Origin: an uncultured Chloroflexia bacterium
Lineage (GTDB): Bacteria > Chloroflexota > Limnocylindria > Limnocylindrales > CSP1-4
DNA: 64,000 nt
Assembly (NCBI GenBank): GCA_963828165.1
Contig: CAWHDR010000001.1
Location: 1,696,001 to 1,760,000 of the forward strand
Direction: 5' to 3'
Positions 1-9,818 of the stretch are shown in pieces. The position numbers and the translations under genes were made by a program. Each line of letters begins with the position of its first letter. Within the stretch, counting starts at the first letter, position 1. A model generated the notes under the pieces. The model saw only the letters and a list, made by a program, of their open reading frames with translations. It made no database searches and was not told where the DNA came from.

Positions 1-112
1 GGCCGAACCCGGCGAGTCCTGAACCCGCAGGACGCCGGCGCATCGGGGGCAGGGAGCGCCTGACGGTCGGAGGCCTGACGGACGTCGCAGCGCTGCTAGC
101 ATCGCGGCCACC

Positions 113-1786
113 ATGGCGGACAAGCCCTACGACTACATCATCGTCGGCGGTGGCTCGGCGGGCTCCGCGCTCGGGAACCGGCTCTCGGCCGACCCCTCGA
201 CGCGGGTTCTCGTCCTCGAAGCCGGTCGCTCCGACTGGCGCATCGACCCGTTCATCCACATGCCGGCCGCCCTCACCTTCCCGATCGGGAGCCGGTTCTA
301 CGACTGGAAGTACGAGTCCGAACCCGAGCCGTACATGCACGGACGGCGGATCCACCACGCGCGCGGCAAGGTCCTCGGTGGAAGCAGCAGCATCAACGGG
401 CAGATCTTCCAGCGCGGCAACCCACTCGATTTCGAGCGATGGGCGGCCGATCCCGGTATGGCGAGCTGGGACTACGCGCATTGCCTGCCGTATTTCAAGC
501 GGATGGAGACGGCGCTGGCGGCCGCGCCCGACGATCCGTGGCGCGGCCACGACGGCCCGCTGGTCCTCGAGCGCGGCCCCGCGACCAACCCGCTATTCAC
601 GGCCTTCTTCGAGGGCGTCCAGCAAGCCGGCTACGCGCTGACCGAAGACGTCAACGGGTATCGCCAGGAAGGCTTCGCGCCATTCGATCGGAACATCCAT
701 CGAGGCCGGCGGCTGTCGGCGGCGCGGGCCTACCTGCACCCGGTCATGGGCACGCGGAAGAATCTCGAGGTCCGCACGCGGACCCTCGTGACGAACGTCG
801 TCTTCGAAGGGTCGCGGGCCATCGGGGTCGAGGTCGCCAAGGGGCGGGGCACGGAGCGGATCCTCGCGGGCGAAGTGATCCTGGCCGGCGGTGCCATCAA
901 CACGCCCCAGCTGCTGCTCCTCTCCGGCGTGGGCCCGGTCGCCGACCTGGCGGCCCACGGCATCGACCTCGTGGCCGATCGACCCGGGGTCGGGCAGCAC
1001 CTGCAGGACCACCTCGAGGTCTACATCCAGTTCAAGAGCCTGCAGCCGGTATCCATGCAACCGTCGGCGACGCAACGCTGGCGCCGGCCGTTCATCGGCG
1101 CGCAGTGGCTCTTCCTGCGCAGCGGGCCGGGCGCGACGAACCACTTCGAGGGCGGGGGCTTCGTCCGCTCGAACGAGGACGTGGCGTACCCGAACCTCAT
1201 GTTCCACTTCCTGCCGCTCGCCATTCGCTACGACGGGTCGGTCGGGGCGCCGGGCCACGGCTACCAGGTCCACGTCGGACCGATGTACTCGGATGCGCGT
1301 GGATCGATCGAGCTCAAGAGCACCGACCCGCGCGACCATCCGGCGCTGCGCTTCAACTACCTCTCGACCGACCAGGATCGGCGCGAGTGGGTGGAGGCTA
1401 TCCGTGTCGCTCGCCAGCTCCTCAACCAGCCGGCGATGGCTCCCTACAACGGTGGCGAGACCTCACCCGGACCAACGGTGGAGACTGACGATGAGATCCT
1501 CGAATGGGTTCGGCGCGATGCCGAGACGGCACTTCATCCCTCGTGCACGGCGCGCATGGGTGTCGACGACCTGTCCGTCACGGATCCGCTGACGATGCGG
1601 GTCCACGGCACCGATGGCCTGCGGGTCGTCGACGCCTCGGCGATGCCGTACGTCACGAACGGCAACATCTACGCTCCCGTGATGATGCTGGCCGAGAAGG
1701 CAGCGGACCTCATCGCCGGAAACACGCCGCTCCCTGCCGAGCCGCTGCCGTTCTACCGGCACGGGGTGTCGCCGCCACCGGTCTGA
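113..1786 (+). CDS. betA: choline dehydrogenase (GMC oxidoreductase)
   Basis: GGGSAG FAD motif, [36 protein letters not shown]; 557 aa. Confidence 0.9.
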   Translation: MADKPYDYIIVGGGSAGSALGNRLSADPSTRVLVLEAGRSDWRIDPFIHMPAALTFPIGSRFYDWKYESEPEPYMHGRRIHHARGKVLGGSSSINGQIFQRGNPLDFERWAADPGMASWDYAHCLPYFKRMETALAAAPDDPWRGHDGPLVLERGPATNPLFTAFFEGVQQAGYALTEDVNGYRQEGFAPFDRNIHRGRRLSAARAYLHPVMGTRKNLEVRTRTLVTNVVFEGSRAIGVEVAKGRGTERILAGEVILAGGAINTPQLLLLSGVGPVADLAAHGIDLVADRPGVGQHLQDHLEVYIQFKSLQPVSMQPSATQRWRRPFIGAQWLFLRSGPGATNHFEGGGFVRSNEDVAYPNLMFHFLPLAIRYDGSVGAPGHGYQVHVGPMYSDARGSIELKSTDPRDHPALRFNYLSTDQDRREWVEAIRVARQLLNQPAMAPYNGGETSPGPTVETDDEILEWVRRDAETALHPSCTARMGVDDLSVTDPLTMRVHGTDGLRVVDASAMPYVTNGNIYAPVMMLAEKAADLIAGNTPLPAEPLPFYRHGVSPPPV

Positions 1787-1959
1787 TCGGGCGGGCTTGT
1801 CCGGCGAGCCCCGACATCGTCATGTGTCGCATGCCGACTCGCCAAGTGTCCTCCTGACGACGGGGGCGGTTGTCCGCTGGCAGCGCGCCCGCCTGCCCCG
1901 AACATCGGGTCATCGCCTCCCACGCCCCTGACGACACGACCCGAAAGGAAACCCACGGC

Positions 1960-3366
1960 ATGGCTCTTGCCCGCATCCCCGCCCACGATCCATCGACCCC
2001 GCTCGACGTCGCCGGCTTTGCCGCCGGCCTGGTCGGGACCGTCATCCGCCCCGAGGACCAGGCCTTCGAGACGGCGCGCCTTGTCCACAACCGGTCGATC
2101 GATCGTCGTCCATCGCTGATCGTCAAGGCGGCCAGCGCGGCCGATGTCGCGCGGACGGTCGTCTTCGCTCGAGACGCGGGCCTCGAGCTCGCGATCCGAG
2201 GCGGCTCGCACAGCCTGGCTGGCTTCGGCACGAGCGAGGGCGGGATCGTCCTCGACCTCAGCGGCATGAAAGGCCTGCACATCGACCCCGAGCGGCGTCT
2301 CGCGTGGGCCCAGGCCGGCCTCACCGCGGGCGAGTACACCGCGGCGGCGGCTGCCCACGGGCTGGCAACGCCATTCGGTGACACCGGCAGCGTCGGCCTG
2401 TCCGGCCTGACGCTCGGCGGCGGCATCGGATGGCTGGTCCGCAAGTACGGCCTGGCGATCGACGCGCTCGTCTCCGTCGAGATGGTCACGGCCGAAGGCC
2501 GCGTCATCACCGCGAGCGAGGACGAGAACCCCGACCTGTTCTGGGCGGTTCGCGGCGGCGGCGGCAACTTCGGCGTCGTGACGCGCTTCCAGTTCCGCCT
2601 CTATCCGGTCGGCATGATCTTCGGCGGCGCGCTGTTCATGCCGCCGACCCGCGAGGTCCTGCGCAGCCTCGGACCGATCGCGGCCAGCGCGCCGGATGCC
2701 CTCACGACGATCTCGATCCTGATGGCCGCTCCGCCCGCGCCGTTCATCCCGGCCGAGCTCCACGGCAAGCCGACCCTCGCGATCATGTTCGTCTTCGACG
2801 GCGACGCCGAGGCTGGGCAGGCGGCGATCGAGCCGTTCCGCCAGGTCGCCACGCCCTTGGCCGAGCTGGTCATGCCGATGCCGTATCCGGGCATCTACGA
2901 GATGCTCAAGGACGCCGAAAACCCGGCTCCTGCGGCTCACCGCTCGCTGTTCCTCGACACGCTGGACGACGCGGCGATCGACACGATCCTCGCGCACAGC
3001 GCGTCCGCGGCGTCGCCGGCCACGATGACCCAGATCCGGATCCTCGGTGGCGCGATGGCCGCCGTGCCGGCAGGTGCCACGGCGTTCGCCCATCGAGACG
3101 CCAAGGTCATGGTCATCATCATCACGCCGTACGAGGACGTCGCCGAGGGGCCGATCCACCAGGCGTACGTCCAGGCCTACTACGAGACACTCCGCCCCCG
3201 CGCGACGGGCGTCTACGCGAACTTCCTCGAGGACGAAGGCGAGTCCCGGGTCCACGAGGCGTATCCCGAGCTGACCTACCACCGCCTGGCCCAGGTCAAG
3301 CGCGACTATGACCCGACGAACCTCTTCCACCTGAACCAGAACATCCGCCCCGCCCCCGAGGCCTGA
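1960..3366 (+). CDS. FAD-binding oxidoreductase (berberine-bridge/VAO family)
   Basis: RGGSHS covalent-FAD motif, GLTLGGGIG, C-terminal KRDYDPTNLFHLNQNI; start moved to ATG 1960 after AAAGGA. Confidence 0.88.
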   Translation: MALARIPAHDPSTPLDVAGFAAGLVGTVIRPEDQAFETARLVHNRSIDRRPSLIVKAASAADVARTVVFARDAGLELAIRGGSHSLAGFGTSEGGIVLDLSGMKGLHIDPERRLAWAQAGLTAGEYTAAAAAHGLATPFGDTGSVGLSGLTLGGGIGWLVRKYGLAIDALVSVEMVTAEGRVITASEDENPDLFWAVRGGGGNFGVVTRFQFRLYPVGMIFGGALFMPPTREVLRSLGPIAASAPDALTTISILMAAPPAPFIPAELHGKPTLAIMFVFDGDAEAGQAAIEPFRQVATPLAELVMPMPYPGIYEMLKDAENPAPAAHRSLFLDTLDDAAIDTILAHSASAASPATMTQIRILGGAMAAVPAGATAFAHRDAKVMVIIITPYEDVAEGPIHQAYVQAYYETLRPRATGVYANFLEDEGESRVHEAYPELTYHRLAQVKRDYDPTNLFHLNQNIRPAPEA

Positions 3367-3394
3367 CGGCTTCGCCTCCATCTCAGCCAATACC

Positions 3395-3428
3395 GGCGCC
3401 GGCGCTCTCCATCGGAGGCGCCGGCGCC
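3395..3428. terminator. GC-rich hairpin between convergent genes
   Basis: GGCGCCGGCGC-t-CTCC-atc-GGAG-GCGCCGGCGCC inverted repeat; no U-tract. Confidence 0.5.
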
Positions 3429-3467
3429 TCCGCGTCCGCCCCGACACGCGCCAGCGACGGGACCCGC

Positions 3468-5285
3468 TCAGGGGTCCTGCGACAGGACGACGACACCGTA
3501 CGGCCCGACCGAGACGAGCGCGCTCTGGTCGAAGCCGTCCGATGGGTCGTCGTCCGTCTCGGTGTCGAACGCCTCGTGACCGCCGAAGTCCGCGGCGTAG
3601 TCGGGCGAATCCGAGTTCAGGCGGACCCGCCAGCGACCCGCGGCCGGCAAGCCCAGACGCACGTCGTCGACCACCCGGTCCGCGAAGTTGGCGACGACGA
3701 CCACGTCGTCGCCGGGCCCACCGTCGTGCCAGCGGTGGTAGGCGAGGAGCTTCGCCTTCTCGTCCGCCCGCAGGATCGCGATGTGCTCGCCGCGCAGCCC
3801 GCGCGTGGTGCCGCCACCGCCTCGCCGCAGCGCGATGAGGTCGTGGTGGAGTCGAAGGATCCCCACGTTGCTGCTGGCCTTCGTCCAATCGAGCGCCACG
3901 GTGTCGTCGAACCAGCGATCTTCGAGCAACTCCTGGCCTTGGAACAGCATCGGGATGCCGGGTGACGTCAGGACGAGCGCCGAGCCGAGCGTGGCCCGCT
4001 TCTCCGACCACCAGCTTCCGGCGTCGCCCGGCTTGATCGCCTCGGGCAGGCGTACCCGGTCGTTCGCGACGTCGTCGTGCGACTCCGTGTAGATCACCCG
4101 GGTCAGCGGCGCGCCGCGGCCCTCACCGGTGATGGCGGTGACCACATCCGCCATGGAGCGTTCGCGGTCGTCGCCGGTCTCGAGAGACGGCCGCACCCCA
4201 CGGATGAAGCGGATGTCCCACTGGGCCCCGAACCCGGCGCCGCCCTTGGCCGTGGGCGTCACGAGCTTCGTGTCGTCCTGGATGTCCTCGGCGATCGTGA
4301 GCTTCCACGGCTGGCGTGCCCGGATCTCGTCGTTGATCCAGCCCATGAACGACCAGCCATCGGGCAGCTCCGAGGCCGGGTCGCCGGGGACGCCGTCGAC
4401 CGTCCGGATGAACAACGTGGCGTCGAAGCGCAGGCCGTCGCACTGGAACTCCTCGAGCCAGGTCAACGCACTGTCACGCAGGAACGTGCGGACCTCGCCA
4501 CGGCCGTAGTCGGGTCGCGTCGATCCCCACGGGGTGATCGCCCGTTCGTCGTTGTAGAAGTAGATCCCGCCGCCGCCGTTCGCGCTCCAGCCGTCGAACC
4601 GCCACACGTCGAGATCGGTCGGCCCAAGGTGGTTGTAGACGACGTCGAGGATGACCGCGATGCCGTGCTCGTGGGCTGCCTTGATGAAGCGCTTGAACGC
4701 GTCGGGCCCGCCGTACCCGGATTCGATGGCGAACAGGTGGGCCGGGTTGTAGCCCCACGAGACGTCGCCGGCGAACTCGAAGGGCGGCATGATCTGGACC
4801 GCGCTCACGCCCAGGTCGCGCAGGTACGGCAGGCGCCTCGCCGCCCGGTCGAAGTCGCCGTGTCGATCCGGCCCGGCGTTGAACGTCCCGACATGCAGCT
4901 CGTAGATGACGAGATCGTCACGCGCCGGCATCTCGAACCAGTGGTCGTCCCAGTCGAACGCAGACGGGTCGTACACCACGGCGTTGCCGACCGAGCTCGT
5001 GACCTGCCGGGCATACGGATCGATCCGCCAGACCTCGTCGCCGTCCGCGGTCCTGATGCGGAAACGGTATTCGTCGCCCGGTCTGACGCCCTCGACGTCC
5101 GCCGACCACGTGCCGCTGGCCCCGTCCCCGTCCCGTGCCAGCGCCGTGGCCTCCGGCGCCCAGGCGTCATAGCTGCCGGTCACGAAGACCGCCTCGGCGT
5201 GCGGCGCCCAGACCCGGAACGTCGTCCCGCCACCGAACGGCAGCGCGCCCATCCCGGGGCGCGGCGATGGGGCGACCGCCCTCAC
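3468..5285 (-). CDS. GH13 alpha-amylase family protein (CBM48 + catalytic domain; branching enzyme/TreZ-like)
   Basis: FRVWAPHA, IYELHVGTF, SWGYNP, DVVYNH, DGLRFDAT, ESHDD; GTG 5285 overlaps the upstream stop (alternative ATG 5252). Confidence 0.88.
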   Translation of the reverse strand: MRAVAPSPRPGMGALPFGGGTTFRVWAPHAEAVFVTGSYDAWAPEATALARDGDGASGTWSADVEGVRPGDEYRFRIRTADGDEVWRIDPYARQVTSSVGNAVVYDPSAFDWDDHWFEMPARDDLVIYELHVGTFNAGPDRHGDFDRAARRLPYLRDLGVSAVQIMPPFEFAGDVSWGYNPAHLFAIESGYGGPDAFKRFIKAAHEHGIAVILDVVYNHLGPTDLDVWRFDGWSANGGGGIYFYNDERAITPWGSTRPDYGRGEVRTFLRDSALTWLEEFQCDGLRFDATLFIRTVDGVPGDPASELPDGWSFMGWINDEIRARQPWKLTIAEDIQDDTKLVTPTAKGGAGFGAQWDIRFIRGVRPSLETGDDRERSMADVVTAITGEGRGAPLTRVIYTESHDDVANDRVRLPEAIKPGDAGSWWSEKRATLGSALVLTSPGIPMLFQGQELLEDRWFDDTVALDWTKASSNVGILRLHHDLIALRRGGGGTTRGLRGEHIAILRADEKAKLLAYHRWHDGGPGDDVVVVANFADRVVDDVRLGLPAAGRWRVRLNSDSPDYAADFGGHEAFDTETDDDPSDGFDQSALVSVGPYGVVVLSQDP

Positions 5286-5626
5286 TTGGCGGGCAGGGTC
5301 TTGCCGAACTCGATCGCGCGCGCCAGCCACCCGTCGAGCGCCGCATCGTCCGCGACGACGTCTGGCGGGAGGGTCGCGTAGCCCTTCATCGTCCGTCCTG
5401 GCATCGGGCTGAAGGGTGTCGCGCCCGGGACGGTCAGGAGCTCGGCGAGGTCGCTCTCGGGGAGCCGGATCATCCATGTATCGGCGAACAACCCGGTGAC
5501 GAGGTTGCCGCCCACGAACAGCGCCGGATAGCCGAACATCTTCCGACGCTGGGCTTCGGGAACGCGCTCGGCCACGGAATCGAACCGCGCGATGAGCTCG
5601 GGTGGTGATTTCTCGAACGACGGCAT
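5282..5626 (-). CDS. TfoX/Sxy N-terminal domain protein
   Basis: RKMFGYPALFVGGN...PMPGRTMKGY; GAGGAG RBS. Confidence 0.85.
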   Translation of the reverse strand: MPSFEKSPPELIARFDSVAERVPEAQRRKMFGYPALFVGGNLVTGLFADTWMIRLPESDLAELLTVPGATPFSPMPGRTMKGYATLPPDVVADDAALDGWLARAIEFGKTLPAK

Positions 5627-5690
5627 GGCGCTCCTCGCGGAACCGCTGCGGCGTCAGTGCCGCACCCCTAGCGTAGGCGGTCGAAGTGCC

Positions 5691-6443
5691 CTAGCGTGCG
5701 GCGGACCAGACCCTGAGATCGGTCTTGTACGGCAGCACCAGGACGTACTTGCCGCCGAGCGTGGTCGGCTGGCCGCCGAGCTGGTTGCGCGACCGGCGCG
5801 GCACGAACTGACGCCCGAGTTCGCTCACCGCGAGCGCCTCGCCTGGTCGCGGGCTCCGCCCCCAGACCGCGTTCCCATGCGGGTACAGCGGGTCGTGGAC
5901 GATGGCCCGCGTGACCCGGAAGTCGTTGGTCGTGCCCGGGTCGCCGGTGGCCTCGAAGCCGCTCATCACCCAGGCGTGCCGGCCGCGCCAGACCAGCAGC
6001 CCGACCGGCCTGCCGGTGGCCTCGATCGCCTCGGCCGCGGTGCGCATCGCCTGCGCGAGCGTCCTCGTGCCGACGAGCCGGTATGGGCCGGCACCCAGGA
6101 TATTCAGGCCCGCTGCCCATCCGCGGACGCTGGCGCCCTGGCGCTGTCGACCGTCGGGTCGGGATCCGCTCCAGGCTCGAGCGAGCTTCTGGAGCTGGAG
6201 CTGCCGCGCGGCCGACCGATCGCGCCCGGGCTCGATCATGTTCAGCATCATCTGCATGCTCGCGCCGACGCACTGGACGAAGTTGGTCTGCGCGACGAAA
6301 TCGGCCCCCTCCGACACGTCGAGCGTGAAGCGGGTCGCGCCCTGCGCCGAAACAGGCCCGAGCGCGACGAGCAGGGCGCCGGCGAGGGCCAACGCGGCGA
6401 CGTGGCGACGCGGGCGTCGGGAGGTCGTGTGGAACGTCGTCAT
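5691..6443 (-). CDS. secreted protein, possible papain-fold (C39-like) peptidase
   Basis: Signal peptide; NFVQCVGAS (Cys) and GRHAWVMSGF (His), VHDP; TATCGT -10 box 7 nt before ATG. Confidence 0.65.
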   Translation of the reverse strand: MTTFHTTSRRPRRHVAALALAGALLVALGPVSAQGATRFTLDVSEGADFVAQTNFVQCVGASMQMMLNMIEPGRDRSAARQLQLQKLARAWSGSRPDGRQRQGASVRGWAAGLNILGAGPYRLVGTRTLAQAMRTAAEAIEATGRPVGLLVWRGRHAWVMSGFEATGDPGTTNDFRVTRAIVHDPLYPHGNAVWGRSPRPGEALAVSELGRQFVPRRSRNQLGGQPTTLGGKYVLVLPYKTDLRVWSAAR

Positions 6444-6521
6444 CACGTCAACGATACGTCGAGATGGCAAGAGAGGTTCTGGTTCCCTGGTGCTCGGTGC
6501 GCGGGACGGTCGTCGGATGGC

Positions 6522-7442
6522 TCAGATGCCCTCGATCCGGCGCGGTGCGAGCCGGGGTCCGTAGCGCGGCGGGGCCCATCCGCTGAGCTCGAGCAACCGG
6601 ATGACGAGCGCGCGCCGTCCGCGATATGGCTCGAGCAGCTCCAGCATCCGGGCGTCGTTCGCGCGCGGCTCGCCGGCGAGCACCCAGGCCACCAGGCTCG
6701 GGATATGGAAGTCGCCGACGCTCACCGCATCGTCGTCCCCGAGCGCCCGTACGGCCACCTCGGCGGCTGTCCACGGGCCGATGCCCGGTACGGCCACCAG
6801 CCGGGCGTACGCCTCGGGCAGCGGCAGATCGACGATCGCCTCGAACCACGCCGCCCGCGCCGCGACGGCTCGGATCAGCTCGGCGCGCCGCCGTTCGAGC
6901 CCGAGCGGGTGGTAGGCGTAGTAGGGGAGCGCGGCCAGCGTCGCGGGTGCGGGCAGCAGCCGCAGGCCCAGATCCGGGCCCGGTGGCCGCGGCGCTGGCT
7001 CGCCGTGCTGGCGGACCAGCGCGTGCCAGACTCGATGGGCCTCTGAGCCCGTCACCTTCTGTTCGACGATTGCGGCGACGAGCGCCTCGAAGACCGCCTC
7101 GGTGCGCAGCGTGCGGACGCCCGGGAGGCGTCGCGCCAGTCCGGAGATGCGGGCGTGATCGGCGTCCGTCAATGCCCCGGTCGCCGGTCTCCGCGGCTCC
7201 AGCCCGACCAGCCGGCCCGCTCGCTCCAGGACGATCTCTGCACCGGGGCCCCATGCCTCCGTGGTGAGGGCATCGGCGGCCACGGACAGGTGCAGCGTCG
7301 CCGGCCCCGCGGCGGTCCGCGTGGTCCACCACGCCTCCCGCGAGGCGACCCTGATCGTCCGGTCGCCATGTCCGCGAACGAGCGGCGACATCGTGCGAGC
7401 GAGGTCCAGGGGACCGTCGAGCGGAAGCACGCGCCGGGTCAT
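6522..7442 (-). CDS. DNA-3-methyladenine glycosylase II family (AlkA/HhH-GPD)
   Basis: FEALVAAIVEQKV, HhH VPGIGPWTA, GDFH; start approximate. Confidence 0.85.
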   Translation of the reverse strand: MTRRVLPLDGPLDLARTMSPLVRGHGDRTIRVASREAWWTTRTAAGPATLHLSVAADALTTEAWGPGAEIVLERAGRLVGLEPRRPATGALTDADHARISGLARRLPGVRTLRTEAVFEALVAAIVEQKVTGSEAHRVWHALVRQHGEPAPRPPGPDLGLRLLPAPATLAALPYYAYHPLGLERRRAELIRAVAARAAWFEAIVDLPLPEAYARLVAVPGIGPWTAAEVAVRALGDDDAVSVGDFHIPSLVAWVLAGEPRANDARMLELLEPYRGRRALVIRLLELSGWAPPRYGPRLAPRRIEGI

Positions 7443-7528
7443 CCGGCGAGTCTGGCATGGTTTCGAAATGGTCCGCTGCGGGGGCGCAATCCCTGGTTCG
7501 GGCGGAACGATGGTACGGTTCACGAGAC

Positions 7529-8128
7529 GTGCGACGCCCCAAGGTCGTCGCGATCGCTGCGCTCATCGCCGCGTTCGCCACGGTCGCCGTCCCCGGATCG
7601 GCGGGTTCACGGGCCCCCAGCCCGTATACGACCCCCTCTGCGGATCTCTTCGCTTCAGTGGAGATCGCGGCTGTCCGCGGGCCGGTGATGACGCCCTCGC
7701 CCCTTGATCCAGGGGCCCGTTCCGATGGGAACCTGGACCACGGCTCGACATTGTTCGAGCCAGCTCTCAGCGATGAGCCGCCAGAGGCTCGGCCGCCGGC
7801 TGCCCAGCCCAAGGCGCAGGCCGGGACCATCAAGAAGAACACGTGGCGGCTCGATTCCAACGTGTCCTGGTATGGCCCGGGCTTCTACGGCAAGCGAACG
7901 GCCTGCGGTCAGGCCATGACCGAATCGCTCGTCGGCGTGGCGCACCGGACCCTTCCATGTGGCACGAGGATCAGCTTCAAGAACCCGTCGAACGGCCGCA
8001 TCGTCACCGCCCCGGTCGTGGATCGTGGGCCGTATGTGTCGGGTCGCCAATGGGACCTGACGGGTGGGCTGTGCCTGAAGCTCGGGCATTGCTACACGGG
8101 TTCGATCGCCTGGAAGTACGCGCGCTAA
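7529..8128 (+). CDS. RlpA-like double-psi beta-barrel protein (septal lytic transglycosylase family)
   Basis: SWYGPGFYGKRTACG, VAHRTLPCGT, VVDRGPY; N-terminal signal/TM segment. Confidence 0.85.
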   Translation: MRRPKVVAIAALIAAFATVAVPGSAGSRAPSPYTTPSADLFASVEIAAVRGPVMTPSPLDPGARSDGNLDHGSTLFEPALSDEPPEARPPAAQPKAQAGTIKKNTWRLDSNVSWYGPGFYGKRTACGQAMTESLVGVAHRTLPCGTRISFKNPSNGRIVTAPVVDRGPYVSGRQWDLTGGLCLKLGHCYTGSIAWKYAR

Positions 8129-8580
8129 GTCGTTTCACGTCCCAGCTCGTTCGGTTCCCAGCCGTCGGGCGCCAGCTCGAAGCCCGCGAAGTCGAAGGCC
8201 GGGCTGACGATGCACCCGACGAGCGTCCACGCCCCGAGCGGACGCGCGGCCTGCCAGGCGCCCGCCGGCACGACCACCTGGGGAACGCCCGCATCGTCCG
8301 TCGTCCCGTCGCCCAGGCGGTGGGTCATGACGGGCGTTCCCTCACCTGCCCAGATCCGCAGCTCGAGCGGGTCACCCGCCGAGAACTGCCAGATCTCCGC
8401 CGCGTCGACACGGTGCCAATGCGATCGTTCGCCAGCGGCGAGCAGGTACAGGATCGCGCTGGCGCTCGGGCGCCCGCCGTCTTCGAAGGGGGCCCGCCAG
8501 GTCTCCGCGTACCAGCCGCCCTCGGGGTGCTGGGACAGGCCGAGATGCTCGATGACGGCCGTAGCCGTGGTGCTTGCCAA
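8125..8580 (-). CDS. cupin domain protein (DUF985/Cupin_5)
   Basis: HPEGGWYAETWR, SHWHRVDAAEIW, LVGCIVSPAFDFAGFEL. Confidence 0.9.
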   Translation of the reverse strand: MASTTATAVIEHLGLSQHPEGGWYAETWRAPFEDGGRPSASAILYLLAAGERSHWHRVDAAEIWQFSAGDPLELRIWAGEGTPVMTHRLGDGTTDDAGVPQVVVPAGAWQAARPLGAWTLVGCIVSPAFDFAGFELAPDGWEPNELGRETT

Positions 8581-8615
8581 TGGCGGACTCCGCGTGCTCG
8601 GTTCGGGAACCTAGG

Positions 8616-9530
8616 CTAGCGGCTGCCGGCTCGCGCAGTCTCGATGAGGCGACGAGTCGCGGCGATCACCATGTCGGGCCGGTCGATCTGGATCAGGTGA
8701 CCCGCGCCCCACGCCAGCTCGAAGCGGACCCGGCCCGGCGAAAGGGACTCGTAAGCCGCGACGATGGCCTCGGCAAACGCCTCGTTGGTGGCCGCGTCCA
8801 CGCGTGGCTCACCGCGAGGGGCCCGGAGGACTTCGATCGGGAGGCCGGCGACCGACGCCGCGCGCAGCTCCTGTTCCGATGCCGCCCAGTCCAGGTCCTC
8901 GACGTGCGCCACGATGGCGCGCAGTCCGTCCATGTTCGCCTGGTACTCCGGGAGCAATGCCGGGCCTAGCATCGGATGGATCCAGTCTGAATGAAGGTCC
9001 GGATCGAACGTGTCCACGAGCACGAGCCCGACCACCTCGTCGCCGTACCGACCACCGAACACCCGGACGTAGTCACCGCCGTGCGAGTGGCCGACCAGCA
9101 CGAACGGCGGCACCTCACCGGCGGTCGCGAGGGTGCGTCGGAGGTCGTCCACGGTGTCGACGAGGGTATGCCGCCCGCGCGGATCGCTCGAGCCGCGGCC
9201 CGGCCGGTCGTAGGCGCAGGTCCGGGTGGTATTCGCCAGCTCGCCGAACACGGTGCTCCAGGAACCCGCGCCACTGCCCATCCCGGCTTCGAGGACGACC
9301 GTCGGCGAGCCTGCACCTCGGCAGTCGAGGTACAGCGACCGGCCGCCGATATCGACGCGCTCGCCGAGCGGCACGTACGGGGCGGGCAGGCCGTGCAGGG
9401 CAAGCCAGGTGGCCGGCCCGCCGCTCCGCACGACGTCGACGGCGAGCGCGAGGGCCAGACCAGCGAGGACCGCCAACCCTCCGCGGACGATCCGCGCGCG
9501 CGTACTGGTCGGCTGGCGGTCTCGGCGCAT
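8616..9530 (-). CDS. membrane-anchored alpha/beta hydrolase
   Basis: LYLDCRGAGSPTVV, YDRPGRG, GHSHGG nucleophile elbow, GAGHLIQ; N-terminal TM. Confidence 0.85.
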   Translation of the reverse strand: MRRDRQPTSTRARIVRGGLAVLAGLALALAVDVVRSGGPATWLALHGLPAPYVPLGERVDIGGRSLYLDCRGAGSPTVVLEAGMGSGAGSWSTVFGELANTTRTCAYDRPGRGSSDPRGRHTLVDTVDDLRRTLATAGEVPPFVLVGHSHGGDYVRVFGGRYGDEVVGLVLVDTFDPDLHSDWIHPMLGPALLPEYQANMDGLRAIVAHVEDLDWAASEQELRAASVAGLPIEVLRAPRGEPRVDAATNEAFAEAIVAAYESLSPGRVRFELAWGAGHLIQIDRPDMVIAATRRLIETARAGSR

Positions 9531-9548
9531 GCGCTTTACCGTAGCGGC
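9531..9548. promoter_or_regulatory. bidirectional leaderless promoter (overlapping -10 boxes)
   Basis: TACCGT (+, 9537-9542) 6 nt before ATG 9549; TACGGT (-, 9543-9538) 7 nt before ATG 9530. Confidence 0.65.
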
Positions 9549-9818
9549 ATGTGCCGAAGCATCAAGACCCTCCGTCGCCCGGGCGAAACGGCGACGACGG
9601 GCGAACTGGAGGCCGCCGCCCGCCAGTACGTCCGCAAGCTCAGCGGCTATCGCGAGCCGAGTGCTCGCAACCAGGAGGCGTTCGAGGCCGCGGTCGCTGA
9701 GATCGCGCACGCGTCTCGCCACCTGGTCGAGTCGATCGGCGTCCCCGTCGAAGAGGGCCCGAACCGCTGGACCCCAGGCAGCGGACAGGCCCGCATGCGA
9801 CCGCGCGTCCTGGCGTGA
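9549..9818 (+). CDS. DUF2277 family protein
   Basis: MCRSIKTLR...AAARQYVRKLSG signature; stop overlaps the next GTG. Confidence 0.88.
   Translation: MCRSIKTLRRPGETATTGELEAAARQYVRKLSGYREPSARNQEAFEAAVAEIAHASRHLVESIGVPVEEGPNRWTPGSGQARMRPRVLA

Noticed and set aside
1812-1823. 12-mer CGACATCGTCAT shared with intergenic 25007-25018
   Set aside because: A single 12-bp match is compatible with chance; it is not palindromic.
1753-4011. Long antisense and alternative-frame ORFs (e.g. 752 aa here, 877 aa at 24911, 667 aa at 43210)
   Set aside because: Arg/Gly/Pro-rich shadow ORFs expected at high GC, overlapping motif-supported genes. Only the last 182 aa of the 24911 ORF (MBL hydrolase) look real.
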